Notes: a model not told the origin generated them from the letters alone. A DNA stretch of 64,000 bases from Bugula neritina (GCA_964035545.1 OZ037772.1:3315538-3379537); one strand, 5' to 3'; positions 46,069 through 55,476 are shown, counted from the first letter of the stretch. Made by a program: numbers and translations.

Positions 46069-46373
46069 TGTGGTGGCTCGTGGAGCTACCAGCAACACAA
46101 TACGCAAGGTTGCGTATTGACCCGGAACAATGTATTAGCCAATTAACTAAGCTGTTTGATAAGTAATAGTAGCCGCTTCGCGCTACTAGCTCAGTTGAGG
46201 ATAGTGCTGTAAAGTAAATAGACGTGCGTATCATTACTGTTGTACATTGGATTTTTATTATGTATTCTTGTATTAAATATAACATTATCTACTCGACTTA
46301 ACTGGTGAAGTTTCTCTAGTGTTGAATAGACTCTCTTGGTGGCACATCAACCCTAAATCAGAAAACTATAACA
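46069..46373 (+). repeat. 5' LTR of element C
   Basis: TG...CA, direct repeat of 53200-53504. Confidence 0.97.
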
Positions 46374-46374
46374 G

Positions 46375-46392
46375 TGGTGGCAGCGGTGGGAT
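46375..46392 (+). promoter_or_regulatory. Primer binding site, tRNA-Leu
   Basis: TGGTGGCAGCGGTGGGAT. Confidence 0.9.
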
Positions 46393-46406
46393 AGTGTATA
46401 TCAAAG

Positions 46407-47273
46407 ATGGAGACTGAAAACGCTAGAATGCAACCACCCCCAGTAGAAGGTGAGCGTAGAAATGCTGTTAATCCTGTGAATCATGAAGGAGAAGAAGCTT
46501 ATAGACATTGCTTGAAAGCTCCCACCTTTACTGGGTCGGAAGATGTCGAACAATTTATACAAGAATTTAGAGAAGTAATGGAAGTTGCTCAATGGCCGCA
46601 TAGAGTGGCCCTCATTCAATTGCGGAGAGCGGTGACGGAGCAAGCCAAGCCGTACGGAGTGGGAACGGACGTAGACGGCATACTGGCTGCGCTGCGGGCC
46701 CGTTTTGGCACCTCCGTCATAGACGCTAGGACCAAGCTGGAGAGAATGTGCCACACCCCGCGGACCTCGCTGCAAGAACATGCCGCGACGGTGAAGAAGC
46801 TGGCGCAGATTGCATATAGCGATCTGCCAGCACAACACCAAGAGCGTTACACCTATGACGCCTTTGTCCAGTCCCTAAACGACCTGGGCCTAGACCATCA
46901 CCTACGAGCTAAAGGGATAACCAGAATAGAGGATGCCCTGAAGGCTGGAGAAGCTTACCTGCTGGCTACCCAAATGCATCGAGCACAACGGAACCCATCA
47001 GTAGTTGGAGTCAGCGCTGCTCGGGCTACGACAGGCTCCGAAGCCCTCCCGCTGGAAGCCGAAGTGGACCGTATGGTAGAGATGCTGGGACAATTGGTAA
47101 CCATTCTGGCCGGTGCTGGCCCCGGTCAGGCCTTGCGGATGCCCCCAACACCTGTGGGGCAAGGCTGGAGTAGCGCTGATCAGGACCAGGGACAGAAAGG
47201 ACGACCCCAATACCAGGGGGCGTTAAACTGTCACGGCCCGCGGACACTCTCCCTCCCCGCGGGCCGCAACTAA
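46407..47273 (+). CDS. gag: Gag of element C (288 aa), zinc knuckle degenerate
   Basis: Homologous to gag of A and B; PTFTGSEDVEQFIQEF...WP. Confidence 0.93.
   Translation: METENARMQPPPVEGERRNAVNPVNHEGEEAYRHCLKAPTFTGSEDVEQFIQEFREVMEVAQWPHRVALIQLRRAVTEQAKPYGVGTDVDGILAALRARFGTSVIDARTKLERMCHTPRTSLQEHAATVKKLAQIAYSDLPAQHQERYTYDAFVQSLNDLGLDHHLRAKGITRIEDALKAGEAYLLATQMHRAQRNPSVVGVSAARATTGSEALPLEAEVDRMVEMLGQLVTILAGAGPGQALRMPPTPVGQGWSSADQDQGQKGRPQYQGALNCHGPRTLSLPAGRN
47222..47266 (+). promoter_or_regulatory. Predicted -1 ribosomal frameshift signal
   Basis: G_TTA_AAC (47222-47228), 5-nt spacer, 10-bp stem CGGCCCGCGG/CCGCGGGCCG with 13-nt loop. The -1 frame is open through to pol. Confidence 0.85.
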
Positions 47274-50200
47274 AGGAGTATGGTGGAACACGCCGTCGTC
47301 TGTCCGTACGGACGCGGCGGAACATTCTACCCGAGTGGCAGGTACCACGCAGGACTAGTAGGCCCGCACAACGGCCCAGTACCTTTTCCCTGCCACTCGC
47401 TAACCGGTTTCACCGGTTACCTCGGGAGGAGGAGCCCGCCACTGAAATGGAGCCAGAAGGCCCAGTGGAGAGGCCCAAACCCCGCCGGCACCAACCTCGC
47501 CGCCGGAAGCCCCGTAAACCACGGGTGAAACCCCCGCCGTCCTGTCAAACCAGGACAGCACATGCGGGGGGGGTGAAAGTACAACCACATGGAGAGAGCT
47601 ATTTCCTACCCGGAAAGGTGGCCGGCAACGCCGTCACTTTCCTGCTCGACTCCGGTTGTACTACCAACCTTCTCAGTCGTAGAGTCTTTGAGGCACTGCC
47701 CCGCCGGGACAGGGATAGAGTACGACCGTATACTGGAGAACATGGCACCCTGGCAGACGGGTCATGTATCCCCTTTTATGGTATTATCGAGCTCCCTGGG
47801 CGTGTCCGAGATCAGGCTGTACAGGAGACCTTTATCATAGGTCAACTGGAGGAAGATGCTATCCTCGGCATGCCCTTCTTGAAGCAACACCAGTGCCGAA
47901 TAGATTTTAGTAAGTCGGTGGTGCTGATGGGCGGGCGAGAACTCGCCTGTGTGGATAAGTTTGGGCGTCCTCTGGTGGGCGGTGTTCAGGTAGTTCGGAA
48001 CTGCACCGTACCCGGACGCTCCAGAGCTACTATCCACTGCCGAGTGAACAGCAACCGGATAGCCAGGCTCGGGGTCGTTGAAAGCGCGCACGAAAAGATC
48101 CAACTCGCCAGTAGTTTAAACCGACTAACTGAGCGAGGGGAGGTCTTAGTGCAGTGCGTCAACCCCTTTACCGAGCCCATTGAGCTCCCAGCTGGGTCAA
48201 TGCTGGGCCGGTTCCATTCCGTCCAGGAAGAGGACGTGGGCCCGTCGCTGGGTGACGCGACGGAGGCACCCCCTCGACACCCTATTCAGGGACGAGGGGC
48301 AGTCCCGACACATCTCCGGGAGTTATACGAAACAGCCAGTGGCGGCTGCGCGAGTAACAGAGAACGCCAAGCTATGGCCAAGTTACTACGCGACTACGGT
48401 GATGTGTTCAGCAGCGGGGAGAATGACGTGGGACTGACTGGAATTGTCAGACACGAAATACCGCTGACTGCAGGGACAGTCCCTGTCCGGCAGCCCACGC
48501 GCAGGCTGGGGCCGGAGAAAGAGAAGGAGGTTAGCCGACAAGTACGGGATCTTCTGGACCGGGGACTGATAGAGCCCGCCCATAGTGCGTGGAGCTCGCC
48601 AGTCGTACTGGTCCGGAAGAAAGACGGCAGTTGGCGGTTCTGTGTGGACTACCGCAAACTCAATAGCGTAACCATACAGGACGCCTACCCTCTACCTCGT
48701 ATTGACGAGTCATTGGACGCCCTAGCCGGCAGCAAGTACTTCAGTACGTTAGACTTGCTAAGCGGCTATTGGCAGGTTCCTCTGAGTCCCGACGCCCAAG
48801 AGAAAGCGGCGTTTATTACACGGGACGGTTTGTGGAAGTGGAAGGTGCTGCCCTTCGGGTTAACCTCCGCCCCAGCCACCTTCCAGAGGCTGATGGAACA
48901 AGTCCTTAGCGGACTCCATTGGAAGACACTGCTGGTCTACCTCGATGATGTCATCGTAATCTCTCCAGACTTCGAGACACATGTCAGTCGTCTGCAGGAG
49001 GTTTTCGAGAGACTCCGAGGTGCCGGTCTTAAGCTCAAACCTTCCAAGTGCGCTCTGTTGCAGCCGGAGGTCAAGTACCTGGGGCACGTTGTCGGTCGAA
49101 ACGGCGTGGCAACGGATCCCGAAAAGGTACGGGCAGTAGAAGACTGGGTCACCCCTCAAGACTTGACCGGACTCCGGGCTTTCTTGGGGCTGGTAGGGTA
49201 TTACAGGCAATACATACCAGACTTTGCGGGCATAGCCCAGCCGTTAAACCGGCTTACCGCAAAGGGAGTGACGTGGCAGTGGACTCCAGTCGAACAAGAA
49301 GCGTTCGACCGCCTCAAGGGCTGCCTCCTAACGGCGCCCATCTTGGCCTACCCAGACCCCACTCTGGAGTACATCCTAGACACAGACGCCAGTGACCAGA
49401 ATGTTGGCGCTGTGCTGTCGCAAGTGCAGGAAGGCCGAGAAGTAGTAGTAGCCTACTACAGCAAGTCTCTCTCTCCCGCTGAACGAAATTACTGCACTAC
49501 CCGCAAGGAGCTGCTGGCAGTAATCAAGTCAGTGAAGCACTTCAGACCATACCTATATGGCAGGAAGTTCCGGCTGCGTACGGATCATGCCTCGCTGATC
49601 TGGTTGTGCAGGAGAGCAGAGCCCTCTAGTCAGGTCGCCCGGTGGCTCGAAATCCTAGCTGAATTCTCGTACCGGATCGAACACCGACCGGGCAAGAGAC
49701 ACAGCAATGCGGATGGGTTGAGTCGCCGACCTGACGGAGGTTGCAAACAGTGTCTCAACATCGAGAGGAGGGATGGAGGTCCCCCACGATGCGAGTTGGA
49801 GACGCTGGCTCATCACGGAGCACCGTTTGACTGGGATCAAGGTCAACTCAAGCAAAGAGTTGATGAGTCCCCGGAGGATGTACAAAACCTCCGCGCCAAC
49901 CCTGTACTGGCCGGTAATGTTCGAGAGCTGAAGAAGCTCCAAGAAGAGCTGCCTGGAGTCGTGGCAGATATCTACCGGGCAAAAAGGGAAGGGCGACGAC
50001 CCAGCGAGGAACGCATACGACAGGGATGTGCCGAGTTCCGGCTATACTGTCAGCGTTGGGACTCGCTGCGGATCGGGCAGGATGGGTTGCTAACCATCTC
50101 TCTAGCTGCCAACGGCAGACACCCGGAAAGGAAGAGGGTAGTCTGCCCCACAGCCATCCGCCGTGAGTTGATTTGGGATACTCACAAGCAGGCCCACGCA

Positions 50201-51847
50201 GGGGTCAAGCGAGTGATATCCAAATTACGACTCCGGTGGTATTGGCCGCAGATGGAGCGTGACGTCCGGCTCAGAGTCAAACAGTGTGAGATCTGCCAGG
50301 CCAGTAAGCATAGCCGCCCCCCTGGTGAAGCAGGACGGCGGAGGCTATATGCTGGTAGGCCCTGGCAAGTAGTCGCTGTAGACCTGGTCGGACCCATGCC
50401 CCTGACCCCCAGAGGTAATAATTGGATCCTAGTACTAACCGACCACTTTACTAGGTGGGCGGATGCTCTGGCTATCCCAGATGCATCAGCCCCAACAGTG
50501 GCCAGGGCACTAGACCAACATGTATTCTGTTATTTTGGACTTCCCGAACAGATACACTCTGATCAAGGCGCTCAATTCCAGTCTCAACTGATGAGCGACC
50601 TTTGCCACCTCTGGGGAGTAAATCAGAGCAGGACCACCCCCTACCACCCTCAAGGTAACGGGGTGGTGGAGCGCAACAACCGGATGCTAGGTGATGCGCT
50701 CCGGAGTCTCCTCCTTGGACGAGGTCAAGAGGAATGGGATACGGTGTTGCCGCAAGTCATGCGTGCATACCGTAGCACCCCACACACCAGTACTGGTGAG
50801 ACTCCAAACCTCTTGATGCTCGGGAGAGAGACTCGTGTCCCTGACCATCTCACCTATCACGTTCCAGAGCAGGATAACTCAGTCCACGAGTATGCCAGTG
50901 AACTAGTGGAACGGATGAAGGCCGCACACGAGATACTGCGTCAACAGCAGTGGAAGGTGCGGCACGAAGATTCCGATGAACCACCCCTCTACCAAAGAGG
51001 AGATAAGGTGTGGATGGTCAATTACCGTAGGCGCCGCGGACAGGCTGATAAACTGAAGCCTAAGTTCGTAGGCCCCTACGTGGTCGTCGAGGCTATGCCC
51101 AATCATACGTACAAGATTGAGCGCTCAGGACAGGTGTCTATCCAGAATGAGTCTCGCTTGAAACCGTATTGGGCTAGCCCTGACGGAGTGGGAGAAGCCC
51201 CCCCGTTGTTAGAGCCCAGGAGGCAGACAACGACGCGCGGGCGACGGCGGCATGGACCTGAATACGAAGTGGTCATACCGCGGGAGGAAAACTTGGTGAG
51301 AGAGGAGCGGCAGCTTTTGTCAACAGAAGCGTGTCCGCCACCGCCAAGTCTAATTCCATCACTTCCAGAAACCGAGCCGGTTCCGGAAGTGCAAACCCCC
51401 ACGGAGGGAGGGGCTCCATCCGGAGAACAAGAAGAGGTGACCACTAACGGTGAAGTAGAGACGCCATTTGAGGCCCCTACTAATGAACCGGCAAGCGTGT
51501 CACCCCCCCTAGAAAGGGGACAGCGTACGAGGCAACCCCCCGCATACTTGAAGGACTTCGTATGTGACTGCATTAGAAGCGGCGCACATGAAAGTCTAGG
51601 GGAGAACCGTACGATAAAATGTTGGAGTTGTGAACCCCACGCAAATATCAACTTTTGCGAGGGCGGAATAGTGGGAGGAATTAATGCGTGTAAAGCAAAT
51701 AGTTCCGACCTCGTGCCTCAGAAACGATGCTCAGCCTTTTCTTATGCTGACATCGCCAAAGGCAGACGTATCCCACAACCAGCTCCAACCTTACCAAGAA
51801 CGTTGAGTATGGACATTAATACCGAGTTCCCAGGTAAGCCAGTATAA
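47222..51847 (+). CDS. pol: Pol of element C (PR, RT, RNase H, IN), entered by frameshift upstream of the ATG at 47447
   Basis: DSG, YLDD, DTDAS, HHCC, D-D-E and GPY motifs. The upstream -1 frame encodes WQVPRRTS...FSLPLANRF, matching B. Confidence 0.95.
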   Translation, partial: VKLSRPADTLPPRGPQLKEYGGTRRRLSVRTRRNILPEWQVPRRTSRPAQRPSTFSLPLANRFHRLPREEEPATEMEPEGPVERPKPRRHQPRRRKPRKPRVKPPPSCQTRTAHAGGVKVQPHGESYFLPGKVAGNAVTFLLDSGCTTNLLSRRVFEALPRRDRDRVRPYTGEHGTLADGSCIPFYGIIELPGRVRDQAVQETFIIGQLEEDAILGMPFLKQHQCRIDFSKSVVLMGGRELACVDKFGRPLVGGVQVVRNCTVPGRSRATIHCRVNSNRIARLGVVESAHEKIQLASSLNRLTERGEVLVQCVNPFTEPIELPAGSMLGRFHSVQEEDVGPSLGDATEAPPRHPIQGRGAVPTHLRELYETASGGCASNRERQAMAKLLRDYGDVFSSGENDVGLTGIVRHEIPLTAGTVPVRQPTRRLGPEKEKEVSRQVRDLLDRGLIEPAHSAWSSPVVLVRKKDGSWRFCVDYRKLNSVTIQDAYPLPRIDESLDALAGSKYFSTLDLLSGYWQVPLSPDAQEKAAFITRDGLWKWKVLPFGLTSAPATFQRLMEQVLSGLHWKTLLVYLDDVIVISPDFETHVSRLQEVFERLRGAGLKLKPSKCALLQPEVKYLGHVVGRNGVATDPEKVRAVEDWVTPQDLTGLRAFLGLVGYYRQYIPDFAGIAQPLNRLTAKGVTWQWTPVEQEAFDRLKGCLLTAPILAYPDPTLEYILDTDASDQNVGAVLSQVQEGREVVVAYYSKSLSPAERNYCTTRKELLAVIKSVKHFRPYLYGRKFRLRTDHASLIWLCRRAEPSSQVARWLEILAEFSYRIEHRPGKRHSNADGLSRRPDGGCKQCLNIERRDGGPPRCELETLAHHGAPFDWDQGQLKQRVDESPEDVQNLRANPVLAGNVRELKKLQEELPGVVADIYRAKREGRRPSEERIRQGCAEFRLYCQRWDSLRIGQDGLLTISLAANGRHPERKRVVCPTAIRRELIWDTHKQAHAGVKRVISKLRLRWYWPQMERDVRLRVKQCEICQASKHSRPPGEAGRRRLYAGRPWQVVAVDLVGPMPLTPRGNNWILVLTDHFTRWADALAIPDASAPTVARALDQHVFCYFGLPEQIHSDQGAQFQSQLMSDLCHLWGVNQSRTTPYHPQGNGVVERNNRMLGDALRSLLLGRGQEEWDTVLPQVMRAYRSTPHTSTGETPNLLMLGRETRVPDHLTYHVPEQDNSVHEYASELVERMKAAHEILRQQQWKVRHEDSDEPPLYQRGDKVWMVNYRRRRGQADKLKPKFVGPYVVVEAMPNHTYKIERSGQVSIQNESRLKPYWASPDGVGEAPPLLEPRRQTTTRGRRRHGPEYEVVIPREENLVREERQLLSTEACPPPPSLIPSLPETEPVPEVQTPTEGGAPSGEQEEVTTNGEVETPFEAPTNEPASVSPPLERGQRTRQPPAYLKDFVCDCIRSGAHESLGENRTIKCWSCEPHANINFCEGGIVGGINACKANSSDLVPQKRCSAFSYADIAKGRRIPQPAPTLPRTLSMDINTEFPGKPV

Positions 51848-51864
51848 GTCTTGTATTCCTATTC

Positions 51865-52938
51865 ATGGAAACGGGCTCGATGCCAGTAAATTCTGAACTA
51901 ATTCAGCAGATTGAATCAGAATTACTGGGAACCACGTTTCATGTGAATGACGATGAAGACACTGTAATGGCCGACGGTCTGTTAGACCTGGAGCTAGACA
52001 CTGTTCTTCGTCAGTCCACACATGATTCAACAGTTCCTCGAGTGCATTCCAAAAGCTGTGACTCTCAGGCTAGCAACGGTCGACAGTCACTAGAATTATG
52101 TTGTAAAGATCCACCGCGATCTAACAATAATTCTACTTTTGTAGACACACTCGCACCCGTCTCTACGGACATGCCTTCTCTAGAGATGGCATGGGACCCA
52201 GAGCCGGCCCCAACAACTCCTACCACCAGGCAACTACCACCCCAGTTGGAAGCAACCTCCAACTGGATTACCCCTGCCACAGAGAGGGAAATCAGGACCT
52301 ATCAAGGAGGTGAGAGTAATCGTGAATGCAACCTCTGCCAGCAGCGATTCACGACCCACCGCAGACTAAATGTGCACTTGCCGCAGCACTACATCACCAC
52401 TTTCTGCCCTTGCGGAGAATATAGCTATAACCGTGATTACCTACTGCGGCACCAACGTACTATGCAGTGCTATCAAGGACATGTCTATGAAGTAGACGAA
52501 TCATCATATCCTGCCTTTCTCAACGCCATCAAACCACTCATCACTGACTCAGCTCGGCTATCTCGCCTGGAGCAAGGCTTCCCTTCCCCGCGACCTATCA
52601 TCTCTGGAGCCACAGATAAACCTACACAGTCTGCTAACTCTCCACCTCACAGTCCTATACGCATGCCGCATACCTTTCCTCGTGTCGTACTACAGAGAGT
52701 AGACACAAATGCATATACACTCCCTCCTCCTCTTCCATCCTCAGAGCGGAAACGACACAGGCAACCAACTTCCTCTCGCTCGTCCCCCTGGGCCCGTAAC
52801 CTACGTGAGGTAGAAGCTAGGGCGCATGACTTGGAGCAAGAAGTCTACAGGCTGGCCCCACGAATACAGGCAGCCTCCAGTGAACTCAAATACTTACAGG
52901 AGTCGATTAAACGCATGAAGCGTGCAACCCGCAGTTAA
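51865..52938 (+). CDS. ORF3 of element C: zinc-finger / coiled-coil protein (357 aa), not env
   Basis: CNLC-x12-H-x3-H, CPC-x12-H-x5-C, PRVVL, RKRHR, C-terminal heptads; homologous to 4829-5917. Confidence 0.9.
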   Translation: METGSMPVNSELIQQIESELLGTTFHVNDDEDTVMADGLLDLELDTVLRQSTHDSTVPRVHSKSCDSQASNGRQSLELCCKDPPRSNNNSTFVDTLAPVSTDMPSLEMAWDPEPAPTTPTTRQLPPQLEATSNWITPATEREIRTYQGGESNRECNLCQQRFTTHRRLNVHLPQHYITTFCPCGEYSYNRDYLLRHQRTMQCYQGHVYEVDESSYPAFLNAIKPLITDSARLSRLEQGFPSPRPIISGATDKPTQSANSPPHSPIRMPHTFPRVVLQRVDTNAYTLPPPLPSSERKRHRQPTSSRSSPWARNLREVEARAHDLEQEVYRLAPRIQAASSELKYLQESIKRMKRATRS

Positions 52939-53168
52939 CTCGAGTCTACCTACCACTCCCTACTACTCATTCCCCTACCTCTCTGTGGCATTCCCTACCG
53001 TAATGGTGACACGTACTCTATATGTAGATAGGACCTTCTCTTGCTTATTACTTAGTGCACGATATATATACCTGTATATTTTTTACCAGTTGTTGTTTTT
53101 TTTATATACTTTTATGCTGTTCTCTTACCCCCAACGAAGTTTACGTTTTTATGTGAATCTTATTTTAT

Positions 53169-53199
53169 CAGAAAGTGGGCTTTCTGCTGGAGGGGGCAG
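53169..53199 (+). promoter_or_regulatory. Hairpin and polypurine tract of element C
   Basis: CAGAAAG-tggg-CTTTCTG-ctGGAGGGGGCAG directly before the 3' LTR. Confidence 0.75.
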
Positions 53200-53504
53200 T
53201 GTGGTGGCTCGTGGAGCTACCAGCAACACAATACGCAAGGTTGCGTATTGACCCGGAACAATGTATTAGCCAATTAACTAAGCTGTTTGATAAGTAATAG
53301 TAGCCGCTTCGCGCTACTAGCTCAGTTGAGGATAGTGCTGTAAAGTAAATAGACGTGCGTATCATTACTGTTGTACATTGGATTTTTATTATGTATTCTT
53401 GTATTAAATATAACATTATCTACTCGACTTAACTGGTGAAGTTTCTCTAGTGTTGAATAGACTCTCTTGGTGGCACATCAACCCTAAATCAGAAAACTAT
53501 AACA
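53200..53504 (+). repeat. 3' LTR of element C
   Basis: Direct repeat of 46069-46373. Confidence 0.97.
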
Positions 53505-54330
53505 ATAATTTATATAAATGAGATGAGGAGATCTTAGGAATCATTTTGATAGGCATCATGCCTATGGAAATGTTTTTGTTATGTCTTAAAATTAACTTGG
53601 AACATTACTATTATGAAAAACAGTAAGGCGTCCTTAAACTTTTTCACAGCACTGTATGTATAAATACAATAATCTATTCATAGCCCATAGTCTAACCACC
53701 AACAAGGACGAATAAATAAGACTGTGGCCTGACACTACTACTACTACAACTTATATAACTTACACACAACAGATTGTTAGGAGTATTTGAATCTGAGGCT
53801 ATCCAATGTATGAGTAGGGCAGCCCTAAATGTAGGATATTGGAATACGATGTCTTATTACTTCAGTCTAAAGCAGTGTTTATACCTTCACGATTTTCAGT
53901 CAGAAATTCAATTTTGCCGAGTCGCTTTTCATTCTAAAAGCCAATCATCAAAATTTTTGCTTTGTACATGCTTAATCAAATAATTTTAGAGTAACAATCA
54001 AAGGGAATGATAACTCCTTTAGATATGGGGTATTCATGTTTATAATTACATCGGCTGTCTTTTTCAATTATCACTTTTATGCTGTCAACTTAATTTATTA
54101 CGTTTTCAAAGGGCATCAAATAGTGATTAAGCGAGTTATATTTGAGTATTACAGAGTGAGCTTCCTTATTAATATGATTTCAACAATTTTAAGTAAGACT
54201 GCCTACACACATAACTGTGTGTTCACTACCAAGCAGTGTACACTGATAAATCAGTGCTTCAACTGAAACAGTAAGTGAAGGAATGAAGAGCTCAATTGAG
54301 TATAAAATGTAGAGAATAATTGAACTGAAC

Positions 54331-55476
54331 CTTCCTTATGGCCAACTGGTGTGTCATCGACATACATTACTACAGCCTTCTTTTTCTCTTTCACTTTTTC
54401 CAGAAAAAAAAATCAAATTTGAAGAAAATAAAATGGAAATTGTTAGCTACAGAAACAGACAACTTCCAGGTAAAAGTACAGCCATACAGTCGCAATACGA
54501 ATATGTAATTCAAGTAACACTTTCATGTAGAAGTACTGTAATGGATTCTCATCCTCTATTGTTCTGAAATAACTGCTTGCATCAGTATACTATAAATACT
54601 GTTGCGTATAGTTCTTAATGCTGTAATTATAGTTAAGTAAGCTAGCTTGCTAATGCCTAAGTATGGTGATTACTGTTAAGCTTTCAGCATAATGTAATTT
54701 TACTGAAATACGCATTCTGAAGTTATGTAATATCTCTTTTACTAATAGTGCTTTTCTTTTACTAATGTTGCTTTCTTTTGTGTGTGTCCTTTGTTGCTGA
54801 GATCGGCATTTCGGTCTTCCGAAATGCCGAATATCGGCATTTCGGAACCCCGATATCGGCAACAAAGGAATGTCTTTGTCTCGCTTGTATATAAAAGCCA
54901 GCGAGTTCCAGTGTAGTTCAGACTACTACTGGAGCTCGCTGGTAGTAGGACCACATAAGCTGTATCTGATGCAAATAATTTTTATCTTTCATTCGTATTC
55001 AAATACTTGGCTTATTCTCTCTAACGCAAAGAGTATGTTCAAGCACTAGTTGCATTCATAACCCACAGTTTACTACAGTACAACCATAAATATGAATAGA
55101 AAGTAACACAAATATATACATTCAGGAGCAGTAGTGTAGAAATCGAGATAGCCTAGGTACTTTAATCTTATTATCAAATTTTGGTTTGGGGTTTGAGTTG
55201 AAATTCTTACAAAAACTTAACTTCTTATGCTACATTTCTAATCTAGAACACAGGCTTTCTCAATTTCTCCATTACTGCACCTACCTTAGTATATATAGAA
55301 CCTGTAACTAACTAAACAGACACCTCAGTAGTCGTGGCAGACTCTGCCTTCTGTTTATCCTGCTTAGCTTGAAACTTGGCTAGTTTAGCAGCTTTAGCAG
55401 CTTCTTTCTTCAACTCTTTCTCAGATTTCACCTTGACCTCGCCAGTTGGCGCATCACCAGGGTTCACTTCCGACAT
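54331..55476 (-). pseudogene. VARS1: Valyl-tRNA synthetase 5' coding exons (55324-55476, 54331-54400)
   Basis: MSEVNPGD...KSEKELKKEAAKAAKLAKFQAKQ and EKVKEKKKAVVMYVDDTPVGHKE resemble the eukaryotic ValRS N-terminal extension. Second acceptor reads CTG instead of CAG. Confidence 0.75.

Larger units (their letters stand above)
46069..53504 (+). mobile_element. Full-length, apparently intact Ty3/Gypsy LTR retrotransposon C (gag, -1 pol, ORF3)
   Basis: 305-bp LTRs 46069-46373 and 53200-53504 read identical. ATAA TSD, PBS 46375-46392, PPT before the 3' LTR, all ORFs open. Confidence 0.98.
44560..53654 (+). mobile_element. Tc1/mariner relic interrupted by Gypsy element C; left boundary approximate
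   Basis: Transposase relic plus right TIR-like end ...AAACTTTTTCACAGCACTG|TA at 53654. Matching left TIR not found. Confidence 0.7.

Noticed and set aside
51100-51847. Chromodomain at the integrase C-terminus
   Set aside because: The tail is Pro/Glu-rich with RTRQPPAYLKDF and lacks the aromatic chromodomain pattern.
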